From: Parcubacteria group bacterium
GTDB lineage: Bacteria; Patescibacteriota; Microgenomatia; UBA1400; PJMF01
DNA: 64,000 nucleotides
Assembly (NCBI GenBank): GCA_943350175.1
Contig: CALQZX010000001.1
Span: 21,818-85,817 of the forward strand
Reading direction: 5' to 3'
The notes under the pieces were generated by a model. The model ran no database searches. It was not told where the DNA came from and was given only the letters and a program-made list of their open reading frames with translations. Made by a program: the position numbers and the translations under genes. The number at the start of each line of letters is the position of its first letter. Position 1 is the stretch's first letter. Positions 21,969 through 30,274 of this stretch are shown here, piece after piece.

Positions 21969-23222
21969 ATGAGTTTCCACTTTCTCACGATTGGTTTTTC
22001 TACAAAAAAAATGCATGTGCAGGCAGCCTTAAACGCAGGGTTTAAGGTTAGCTTGCTCACCACCTTCGATAAGTACGAAGATGAATTTAAAAATATTTTT
22101 CATAAAGTTTTGTTAGTTGAAAATATTTACAATTGGCAGCAAATAAAAGATGTTATCGATAAAACAGAAAAAATTGATGCTGTCGTAACAAGATATGAGG
22201 GTTATGTCAGTGTTATGGGGGCCATTAATCAATACCTGGGATTAAATGGCATTAATTATCAGACTGCTAGAAATTTTTGCAATAAATATTCAATGAAACA
22301 AAAGTGGTTGAAATCCGGAGTTCCTTGCGCGGACGGCGTTTGTCTGGACAATCTAGACAAACTTGATTCATTTTTAGAAAAACATTCTTTTCCAATGATT
22401 CTGAAAAAAACCTCAGCAGTTCATTCAAATTTTGTGATAAAAGTTGATTCAAAAAAAGATTTGTTTGAAAAATTAGAATTTTTTAAAACTCAGGTTAATG
22501 GTTATGTCGTTTCCAGGCCTGTTGACGGATATGGTGATAAGCTAAATGAATGCCATTTTTTACTAGAAGAAATGCTTAAAGGAAGAGAATTAACAGTTGA
22601 CACCTTTGTTTTAGATTCAAAATTCGTTCACACTCCAATTTGTGAGTACGTGTTGGCTCATGATTTAGGAATAAATGATTCATATTTGCCAATTAGAACA
22701 ATGCCAATTTCTCTAGATTCCGATCAAGAAAAGATGGTTATTGAAACGGTTGAAAAGGCTTTGGTTGCTCTCTCTGCCAAGAATTGCGTTTGTCACACGG
22801 AGTTGTTTTTTGATGAAAAAAATAATAGCTGCAGAATAATAGAGTCTACCCCCAGAAGTGGAGGAAATCGTGCTGAAATGACCAGGATGACAACGGAATA
22901 TGATTATAATCTGGCAGTCTTTAAAGCGGCTGCAAATCTAGATCTGCAGCCGCTTAAAAAACCAATCAAAGCTGTTTGCGTGGTTGAATATTTTGCTGAA
23001 AAAAGCGGGATGATTGATAAAATTGATTTAAAGTTTTTAAGTAAAAACAAAGCAGTAAGTTTGGTAAAGCTTAGGTATGGAGTTGGTGATTTAGTCAAGC
23101 AAGCCAAATTCGGTGGAAAAACAATTGCAAGCTTTTTTGTTGAGGCGGAAAATTCTTTTGAAAGTAAAAAAATCGCCATCGATTTATTTGAAAAAGTTAG
23201 GAAGTCAATTAAATTAAATTAA
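21969..23222 (+). CDS. ATP-grasp domain protein (L-amino-acid ligase/carboxylase-like)
   Basis: NKYSMKQ, FPMILK, LLEEMLKGRELTVD, CHTELF, IIESTPRSGG. Confidence 0.85.
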   Translation: MSFHFLTIGFSTKKMHVQAALNAGFKVSLLTTFDKYEDEFKNIFHKVLLVENIYNWQQIKDVIDKTEKIDAVVTRYEGYVSVMGAINQYLGLNGINYQTARNFCNKYSMKQKWLKSGVPCADGVCLDNLDKLDSFLEKHSFPMILKKTSAVHSNFVIKVDSKKDLFEKLEFFKTQVNGYVVSRPVDGYGDKLNECHFLLEEMLKGRELTVDTFVLDSKFVHTPICEYVLAHDLGINDSYLPIRTMPISLDSDQEKMVIETVEKALVALSAKNCVCHTELFFDEKNNSCRIIESTPRSGGNRAEMTRMTTEYDYNLAVFKAAANLDLQPLKKPIKAVCVVEYFAEKSGMIDKIDLKFLSKNKAVSLVKLRYGVGDLVKQAKFGGKTIASFFVEAENSFESKKIAIDLFEKVRKSIKLN

Positions 23223-24179
23223 ATTATTTCTAATGATTTCATTGACTGCTTTTTTATAACCACTTTGGTCTTCAGTAAAAACTTTGGGTAGAATTAAATT
23301 CTTGCTGATCCCAATTTTTTTAGCCTTATCGATGTCTTTCAAGTCTATTTTTCCATAATAAAGCTCGCTCGGATCATAATTGTTTTTTTTAAGATAGTTT
23401 AAGACTTCGACAAAGCCCTCAAAATAAACCAAATCTTTAGTGAAAGCGCCTTTTTTGCTAGTGTCGCAAATACCCCTCTTTTTTTTAAGGGTCCAAGTCC
23501 AAGCTCTTTCTGGATCTTGCCAAGTTTCATAAAAAAAGTTGAAAACGGTGGCAAAATCTTTTTTGAGGGCTAAGTTGACAGCTAAATAATTAGCCGCTGA
23601 TTTGTAGGCCAGCTTATGCTCGCTAATGATTAGTTCATTAATGGCAGCAAGACCCTCGTCTGTGCGCAGATATGGTCCAAAATCGTTCTCTTTTTTCTTT
23701 TTAAACCAAGACTGTGTTTCATAGTTTAGATGTCTAACAATGTGAGTATCAATCTCGTGATTAAGAATGGCTTCTATTTCACTTTTATCAATTGCCACTG
23801 GAAGTCGAACTTTTATAATTTTTTCGTTGTTGTTGACAGCAATACGACTGATAAAATTACTAGAAAAAACAATTCCATAATCGTTCTCCAAATTATAATA
23901 TTTTAATCTTTTTTCAATTAAGCTTTTAATCTCGTCTTGATTTAGAAAAACTTTACTTCTTTGGATTTGCTCTACCAGATTTTTTTCTTTTAGGTGTTTT
24001 TTCAGAATTCTCTTGGCTAGAAATAAATACCAAAATTTTGGCTTGCCGTGTTTACCGAGTTCGCTTTGTGGAGTATTTTTTTTGTAAATAAACTGCGGAT
24101 TGTATTTGAATGAGGAGGCAAAAAATTTTTCTTTTTCACTTTCCAAATTAAGGGGAATTAGGTCGCTTAGTTTAAGCAT
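23214..24179 (-). CDS. DUF1704 / MATCAP-like (QEGLA-type) metallo-carboxypeptidase
   Basis: YNPQF, HEIDTH (HExxxH), TDEGLA, KKRG, FTKDLVYFEG, LYYGKI. Confidence 0.85.
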   Translation of the reverse strand: MLKLSDLIPLNLESEKEKFFASSFKYNPQFIYKKNTPQSELGKHGKPKFWYLFLAKRILKKHLKEKNLVEQIQRSKVFLNQDEIKSLIEKRLKYYNLENDYGIVFSSNFISRIAVNNNEKIIKVRLPVAIDKSEIEAILNHEIDTHIVRHLNYETQSWFKKKKENDFGPYLRTDEGLAAINELIISEHKLAYKSAANYLAVNLALKKDFATVFNFFYETWQDPERAWTWTLKKKRGICDTSKKGAFTKDLVYFEGFVEVLNYLKKNNYDPSELYYGKIDLKDIDKAKKIGISKNLILPKVFTEDQSGYKKAVNEIIRNNLI

Positions 24180-24196
24180 AAAAACTTTCTGATCTT

Positions 24197-25483
24197 TTAT
24201 TCATCAAATCTAATGATGAAATTTTTAAGATCTTTGCGGCCAATTTCTATTTTATTTTGTTTGCTATTTAGTTTATTGCTGACGATCATGGTGGTTTTGA
24301 CAACTTGATCTTTAATTTTAAATTTGACCTCTACTACTGGCACTTTACCTTCTTCTTGCTCTGATTGGAACCAAAGCAGATCGTCGACATCAATTAAGCC
24401 AAGTTCTTGAGCTAATTTTTTGGAAATGGCACTGCTGAAGCGACCGGTATTTAAAAAGGCGCTGGTTTCAATTTTTTGCTTATGATCTCCCCAGACAATG
24501 ATGTCTTCGTAAAGTGAAACAACTGGAAATTCTGCCTTGTTTTTGATTTTGGCTGCAAAATCACTGGCAAAAAGAGCCTGAGCTACTTTGACGCCATGTT
24601 TGGGACCTTGAATGTTGAGATCCTCCACTCGTTCTAGTCTTCTGCGAAGTCCGGCGCGATTTGCAGCCTGTATGGAAAGTCCTGGAGCAGCATTGATTTC
24701 CACCACCATTGGACCCTTGTCTTTGTGAATAAAAAGATCGATGCCAGTGAATTGTAATCCGGCGACATTACTGGCTATAACTGCTGTTTCTAGAAGCTTC
24801 TCCCATTCAGGGATGATGATGCCATTGAGCTTTTTCTTGGTTCCTGGAAGATATCGAATTGGTTCGCTTTTATGAGCCAGAGCGAAGGTGGTAATGCCTG
24901 TGGCCAAATCAATGCCGACTGCCAAAGCTCCTTGAGCCAAATTGGCACGACCGCCAGATTCTTCCGTTGGCAAGCGCAGCATAGCCATAACAGGAACACT
25001 GTTGAAAACAATCACTCTAATGTCTGGAGTGCCTTTGTAAGAATACTTTAATAATTTTGGATGAATCGGAATTCTTTCCTCAATAATGACGTTGTGATTG
25101 GTGCCGTGGATGCTGTACTGTCCAGAAAGAATGTCACTGCAATGTAATTTGATGTCGTCTAGACCCCATTTGTTGCCAAGCATGTCTGTCCAGGAATCTT
25201 CTGAGGTTTTGCTTCGAAACGGAATAACTCCAGTTCCAGCATAACCATTAGTTGGTTTAATCACGAAATCTTTTTCCAAGTTTTGCCAGTCAAAATCAGC
25301 GATGTCTTCTTCGGTGGCAAGAATGCCGTAAATCTCTGCTGTAGCGATGTTGTTGTCACGCAAGAGGATTTTTGTGGCGTATTTGGAATGAACAATTGCC
25401 TTGGATTTATTTGAACTACGGCTCAAATAAATTGCATTGCGAGCATTGATTCCCAAAAGATCTTTGGCTTTGTGAATAAACAT
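24197..25483 (-). CDS. RimK-related alpha-L-glutamate ligase-like ATP-grasp protein fused to a retropepsin-like (RimB-like) domain
   Basis: LGINARN, FVIKP, PDIRVIV, AMLRLPT..GRANLAQG, EINAAPGLSIQ; C-terminal AFLNTG...IGRKDL. Confidence 0.85.
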   Translation of the reverse strand: MFIHKAKDLLGINARNAIYLSRSSNKSKAIVHSKYATKILLRDNNIATAEIYGILATEEDIADFDWQNLEKDFVIKPTNGYAGTGVIPFRSKTSEDSWTDMLGNKWGLDDIKLHCSDILSGQYSIHGTNHNVIIEERIPIHPKLLKYSYKGTPDIRVIVFNSVPVMAMLRLPTEESGGRANLAQGALAVGIDLATGITTFALAHKSEPIRYLPGTKKKLNGIIIPEWEKLLETAVIASNVAGLQFTGIDLFIHKDKGPMVVEINAAPGLSIQAANRAGLRRRLERVEDLNIQGPKHGVKVAQALFASDFAAKIKNKAEFPVVSLYEDIIVWGDHKQKIETSAFLNTGRFSSAISKKLAQELGLIDVDDLLWFQSEQEEGKVPVVEVKFKIKDQVVKTTMIVSNKLNSKQNKIEIGRKDLKNFIIRFDE

Positions 25484-25485
25484 TT

Positions 25486-26502
25486 TTATTCCTCTTCTTG
25501 TGAGTCGCTTCCATTTGAGTTGTCTTTAAAACTGCTGAATTTGCCATTGCGATTAAACAGATCCTTAAATCTTAAGTACTCAAGAAGGCGTAAGCCAGTA
25601 TATTTACCAATGGCTAAATTAATGATAGCTACACCAATTAAAGTCATTTCCGGTCTTAAAATGACAAATTTTTGTAGTGCTTCTGAGCCAATAATCAGTG
25701 AACATAAAACGGCGATGAGCAGTGTTTCAAAAGTGATTTGTAAGGCTTCTTTTTGACTACTAAAAAGCTGAGTTTCCATAAAATTTTCAGTTAAAAGAAT
25801 AATGATTAATAAAGGAAAGATGCTGATGTTGATAATCAGATTGACGTTGTAGACAGAACCAATTAGTAATAAGGCTAGGATGGCTATGGAAACACTCATT
25901 AGCAGCATGGCCGTTCTTGGTAGCATTGGTAGCTTAAGTTTTTTTAAAACAGGCCTGGTCATTAGGGCGGTGAATAGGACAGCCGCAAAAACAACCACTC
26001 CAGTAGCAATGCCAGTGGAAACAAAAGCTACAGATAGAACCGCTGGGATGTAAATGCCGAAGCCTTTTAATCCGATGACGTGTCTAGAGAAAGCAACTAA
26101 AGAGGCAATGATTGGAAAAATTAATAAAATAACAATAATATTAGCAGGCATACCGCTGCCGATGGCTTTACGAATTGCCTTTTGAACGATGTTGTTCCAA
26201 CTTAGAGCACCGATGGGATGTTCATCAAGAAAAGCAGCAAGAACGCTTTTTTTCTGACCACTAGTCTCGGTAATGTCTTGGTCAGTTTTTTGTTGCAATT
26301 TTTCTACCACCTCAGCTGATGGTGAGGAAAGCTTGGCGCTGTCCGTTGTTATGGCAGTTGCGCTGGCATCTTGTGTAGGTGAGAGAAACACAGTTTCACC
26401 AGCTGGTTTGACTTGAGCCTCAGCAAGACTTGATCTAACCAAAGTAATAATAGAAATGTGAAACAGAAAAAATAGTATTAAAGCGAGTTTATAAATTTTC
26501 AT
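25486..26502 (-). CDS. 7TM domain protein (family usually fused to an inactive transglutaminase)
   Basis: RHVIGLKGFGIYIPAVLS, LPRTA, IFPLLIIILLTENF, GKYTGLRLLEYLRF; N-terminal extracellular S/T-rich region; acidic tail DSQEEE. Confidence 0.85.
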   Translation of the reverse strand: MKIYKLALILFFLFHISIITLVRSSLAEAQVKPAGETVFLSPTQDASATAITTDSAKLSSPSAEVVEKLQQKTDQDITETSGQKKSVLAAFLDEHPIGALSWNNIVQKAIRKAIGSGMPANIIVILLIFPIIASLVAFSRHVIGLKGFGIYIPAVLSVAFVSTGIATGVVVFAAVLFTALMTRPVLKKLKLPMLPRTAMLLMSVSIAILALLLIGSVYNVNLIINISIFPLLIIILLTENFMETQLFSSQKEALQITFETLLIAVLCSLIIGSEALQKFVILRPEMTLIGVAIINLAIGKYTGLRLLEYLRFKDLFNRNGKFSSFKDNSNGSDSQEEE

Positions 26503-26522
26503 TGTTTTTTATTATAACAATT

Positions 26523-26885
26523 TTACAAAATCAAAGCAAAAGCCCCTTGTAAAAAGCCGATCATGGCAGAGGCTAAAAGTAAGGAGAAAAATTGATTGAG
26601 GTGTATGCCAAGAACAATTACGTTGTTAATGACAAAACCTGGCACGAAATAAGTAGCGAGGTAAAGAATGAAAACATTTATAACTAAAGAGAAGAGGCCA
26701 AGAGTGACAACATTGATTGGCAAAAATAAAATTTTTAAGACTGGTCTCAGCAGTTTTTCCAGCAAGGTGAGAACGATTCCGGCAATAATCAAAGTAAGGG
26801 AATTGCTGTAATCAATATTTGGGAAAAACCAGGCTAAGATAGCGATGGTTAGAATTGAACTAAGGACGGCTTTGATAAATTTCAT
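26523..26885 (-). CDS. Phage holin family / YvlD-like 4-TM membrane protein
   Basis: RPVLKILFLPINVVTLGLFSLVIN...VPGF signature. Confidence 0.85.
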   Translation of the reverse strand: MKFIKAVLSSILTIAILAWFFPNIDYSNSLTLIIAGIVLTLLEKLLRPVLKILFLPINVVTLGLFSLVINVFILYLATYFVPGFVINNVIVLGIHLNQFFSLLLASAMIGFLQGAFALIL

Positions 26886-26890
26886 ATTTT

Positions 26891-27053
26891 TTAATCTCCA
26901 AACCTAAAAAAAGTCACGTTCGATGAAAATTTGTGATTTGTTTTAGTTGACAATCTTCTTCTCACTCGGTGAAGTCGCTGTCTATTTGCACTTTGCTAAT
27001 TTAAGATTTTTAGTCAGCTTCTTCAACGCACTTATTTTAAGTTTGGAGATTGA
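26891..27053 (-). ncRNA. Candidate structured RNA (6S-like RNA or regulatory leader of the holin-family gene)
   Basis: Closing stem AATCTCCAAAC/GTTTGGAGATT extends to about 30 bp; internal asymmetric bubble; inner stems; upstream TGcTACACT extended -10 at 27068-27076. Confidence 0.5.
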
Positions 27054-27100
27054 ATTGTCTAAATGTAAGTGTAGCACTTAAATTAAATTTAATGAATTAT

Positions 27101-28477
27101 TTAGTCAATTTTCAAGAATTCTCCAGACCTCAATCTCGTGTGGTGTTTTTTGGCGAAGCGATGCGCTTCATCGCGCAATCTTTGCAACATTTTAAGGGTT
27201 GGATGGTCTGCTTGCAGTGGGATTATTTTTGTTTCGATTCCATCTTTCTTGTTTTCATCTTTTATAGAGACAACGAGTCTGTCTGGATTTTTTACCAAGC
27301 CAATGATAGGAATTTCCAAATCCCAAACTTTGGCAACCGCTCTAACTTGGCCTCTTCCTCCGTCAATCATAATTAAATCAGCACTTCCCCATTCTGGGTG
27401 TTTTTGCCTGCGCGTAAGGGCTTCCTGAAGCATTCCATAGTCATTGGGAGTGTCTAGGGATTTAATTTTAAAAAATTTATATTCGTTATTATCAATTTCG
27501 CCATCAGCCAGCACCACCATCGAGACCGTAGCCTGCTGTCCCATGGTATTACTGACATCGTAACCTTCAATGCGTTCAAATTTTTGTTGGCTTCCAACAA
27601 TGCCTTCTTGATGAAGGATATGTCGCAAGTGAACTAAAGCTTCTTTGGCTTCTTCTTGCCTGAAATTTGGCAAAATAATGTCTGATTTTAGTTTATATTG
27701 ACTGCTAGTGATTTCTTTTATAAGAGTGATTTTGTTTTTATTGATAAGGGCTTTTTCATAGGCTTCTACTTTTGAAAAAACTAACATTTCTTTTTCTAGT
27801 TCTTTTAGTAAACTATTTTTTTGGCCTTTGAGAAAAGCTATTAGCTGCTTGATGTCTTTTTGATATTCTTCTTTGCTAATTTTTTGGCAGCAAGCTCCGG
27901 AGCAAAGATCTAGATGGTGATAGAGGCAGGCTTTGCTTTTGCTGTCATTTTTTTGATTGCACCATTTAAAAATTGGTCGAATAATTTTAAGTACTTCATT
28001 TAATCGGTTGGAACTGGAAAATGGGCCAAAGAGAGCGAGTTTTTCTTGATAGATTTTTTTGCTTAGATCAGTTTTTCTTACACGCAGTATTTTTGGAAAA
28101 TCTTCTTTGCTAATCAAAATATAGATGTTGGATTTATCATCTTTTAAACGGCTGTTGAAATATGGTTGGTGAGCTTTGATGAGCTCGGCCTCGATTAATA
28201 AGGCTTCAATTTCGCTATCAAGTACCTGATGCTCCACTCTGTGGGCCAGCTCCGTCATTTTCTTGATTTTCCTTGAGAGCAGTGGAGATCTCTTGTAGTT
28301 GGCGACTCTCTTCTTCAAGTTTTTGGCCTTTCCTACGTAGAGAATTTGCGAGTTTTCGTCCAAGAAGGAATAAACTCCCGGCAACGAGGGTAACGACAAT
28401 AAATCCGCCTCCCAAGAAAATGATTTTATTGGGGTCGGCGATTTTGACTTTGATGCTGGGGCTGACTTCGAATTCAT
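27101..28477 (-). CDS. uvrC: Excinuclease ABC subunit C (lacks the C-terminal HhH domain)
   Basis: PGVY..ILYVGKAKNLKKRV GIY-YIG motif, FGPF, Cys cluster, RIEGYDVSN, DLIMIDGGRGQ, RLRDEAHRFA. Confidence 0.92.
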   Translation of the reverse strand: MNSKSAPASKSKSPTPIKSFSWEADLLSLPSLPGVYSFLDENSQILYVGKAKNLKKRVANYKRSPLLSRKIKKMTELAHRVEHQVLDSEIEALLIEAELIKAHQPYFNSRLKDDKSNIYILISKEDFPKILRVRKTDLSKKIYQEKLALFGPFSSSNRLNEVLKIIRPIFKWCNQKNDSKSKACLYHHLDLCSGACCQKISKEEYQKDIKQLIAFLKGQKNSLLKELEKEMLVFSKVEAYEKALINKNKITLIKEITSSQYKLKSDIILPNFRQEEAKEALVHLRHILHQEGIVGSQQKFERIEGYDVSNTMGQQATVSMVVLADGEIDNNEYKFFKIKSLDTPNDYGMLQEALTRRQKHPEWGSADLIMIDGGRGQVRAVAKVWDLEIPIIGLVKNPDRLVVSIKDENKKDGIETKIIPLQADHPTLKMLQRLRDEAHRFAKKHHTRLRSGEFLKID

Positions 28478-30263
28478 TACTTACTGATTGGCCTTCTTTA
28501 AGAATACTAGTGACTTTGATTTTCAATTTTTGGCCAATACTTCCGCTATTATTATAAACGGTGATTGGTAAAACAATTTTGGAAAAAGGTAATATCTTCT
28601 GAATTTTGCTATTTCGATCGAATGAAATTTCACCCTCTTCGCTAGTTATTTGAATGTCCGAAAAATACCAAACTCGGCCAGTTTTATTGAAAATTTGCAG
28701 GTCATAATTGCCTGGAATTTCCAAGCCATAAACCTTTTTACTAATCAGGGTAATTTCTAAATCTGGATTAATTTGAGCGAAGTCCTCTTTTGAGAATTCC
28801 AAATAAACTTTTTTATTTTTTTCATCTTCTTTGCCGATATAAGATCCAGCTGGATAAGGTAGGGTGCTGGAAATTCCATTAGTGGCAAAAGCGATGTGAT
28901 TGAGGTCAAAATTGTTAAAATAATCTATACCACCAGTAGTATCTTCCCAGGTAGGATCTACTTGGGTCCAAGCTTTCTTTTCATCATCATAATACTCTGG
29001 CCAAGTATGCAAAATATCTGCAGCTAAATTACTTGGACGCAATTCTTCATTGTTGGAATAAGCCATGCCAACCACTCTACGAGCTGGTATGTTTTTTTCT
29101 CTAGCCAAGGCGATAAATAGGTCTGTAAATTCTTGACAGGTGGCATCATTTTTGTTTGTTTCTTTGAGTGCTTCTACTGCACCCAAGCGCTCAAAGTTTT
29201 GATTGAGCGGTTTCTTGGTGTAATTTAGTTCTTTGACTGTGAAGTCATAAATACTTTTGATACTGTTTAAGTTTTTTGCTGCGTTGGCGATTTCTGGACT
29301 TTTGCTTTCCCAGAATTTTTGCTCATTAAGTTGCTCAGGCAAAACTTGACTTGAAGGAATCAGCGGATCTGCTGAAAGAGTCAGCATGACTTGTGCCAAA
29401 AGCTCCACGTTAAATGAATTATTGGCGGGGATTTCATAGGTGGCAATAAAATTGCCATCTTTGTCCTCCTTAATATTATTTGGCATTGGATCTAGGTTGA
29501 TGTAATAAATTTTTTGATGAGGTGTTTCTGGAGGCAAAGTGATTTGAGTTAGAGCATTTTGGCTAGTTGGGTTGTCTAGGTAGTAATTGAGTTTGAGGTC
29601 AAAAACTTGCTTGTTTCCAAAAATTGCTGAGATTGATTGATCCTTGAGATCACTGTAGGTAATGACGTTGTAATCGCCATCTTGTTTGAGGGAGAAATTG
29701 CTTGGATTGATGCGACTAGGAGTATCAAAAATGCTTGGAATTCTTAGCTCCAATTGGTAGCTTTGATACTGATAATGATCGGAGAGTTTTGGAATATTTA
29801 CTTCCAGAACTTTGCCACTGATGAGAGCGATGTCTGAATCGGTATAGCGAATAATCAGCTCATTGGTTTTGCCTTCTCCGACAACTTTTTCATCAAAAGT
29901 GACGCCGATGCTGGTTTGCCCCTTTTGTTTGCTAATTAAGCTTTCAATAGTTTTGCCGTTATTGCTGACTTCAACATTAGTGATATTGGTTGAGCTAATT
30001 ACAATTCCATATTTACTAATAAATAATTCTGGATTTTTATTTTTGATGATAAATTTTTGTTCGACGATGGTTTTGCCATTGGCAGTTACGGTGTAGGTGC
30101 TATGCAGAGAAATAGAGAAATTTTTGGAGCCGTCTGTAGTTGTAACTTCAGTTGTGTTTGAAGATTGGGCAAAGATTGTTTTTGGAGAAAAAACTAAAAA
30201 CAGAAATAAAGACAAAAATGCTTGGAAAAAAAATAATGCTTTTTTGATTCTATTTGAAAACAT
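28218..30263 (-). CDS. Secreted, membrane-anchored transglutaminase-like protein
   Basis: Signal peptide; intact triad TCQEFT / HTWPEY / VDPTW; C-terminal TM IIFLGGGFIVVTLVAGSLFLLG. Confidence 0.9.
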   Translation of the reverse strand: MFSNRIKKALFFFQAFLSLFLFLVFSPKTIFAQSSNTTEVTTTDGSKNFSISLHSTYTVTANGKTIVEQKFIIKNKNPELFISKYGIVISSTNITNVEVSNNGKTIESLISKQKGQTSIGVTFDEKVVGEGKTNELIIRYTDSDIALISGKVLEVNIPKLSDHYQYQSYQLELRIPSIFDTPSRINPSNFSLKQDGDYNVITYSDLKDQSISAIFGNKQVFDLKLNYYLDNPTSQNALTQITLPPETPHQKIYYINLDPMPNNIKEDKDGNFIATYEIPANNSFNVELLAQVMLTLSADPLIPSSQVLPEQLNEQKFWESKSPEIANAAKNLNSIKSIYDFTVKELNYTKKPLNQNFERLGAVEALKETNKNDATCQEFTDLFIALAREKNIPARRVVGMAYSNNEELRPSNLAADILHTWPEYYDDEKKAWTQVDPTWEDTTGGIDYFNNFDLNHIAFATNGISSTLPYPAGSYIGKEDEKNKKVYLEFSKEDFAQINPDLEITLISKKVYGLEIPGNYDLQIFNKTGRVWYFSDIQITSEEGEISFDRNSKIQKILPFSKIVLPITVYNNSGSIGQKLKIKVTSILKEGQSVSNEFEVSPSIKVKIADPNKIIFLGGGFIVVTLVAGSLFLLGRKLANSLRRKGQKLEEESRQLQEISTALKENQENDGAGPQSGASGT

Positions 30264-30274
30264 CAAAATCTATT

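Noticed and set aside
26523-26885. Holin taken as evidence of a prophage
   Set aside because: The YvlD-like family is usually chromosomal, and no phage structural, lysin or integrase genes are nearby.
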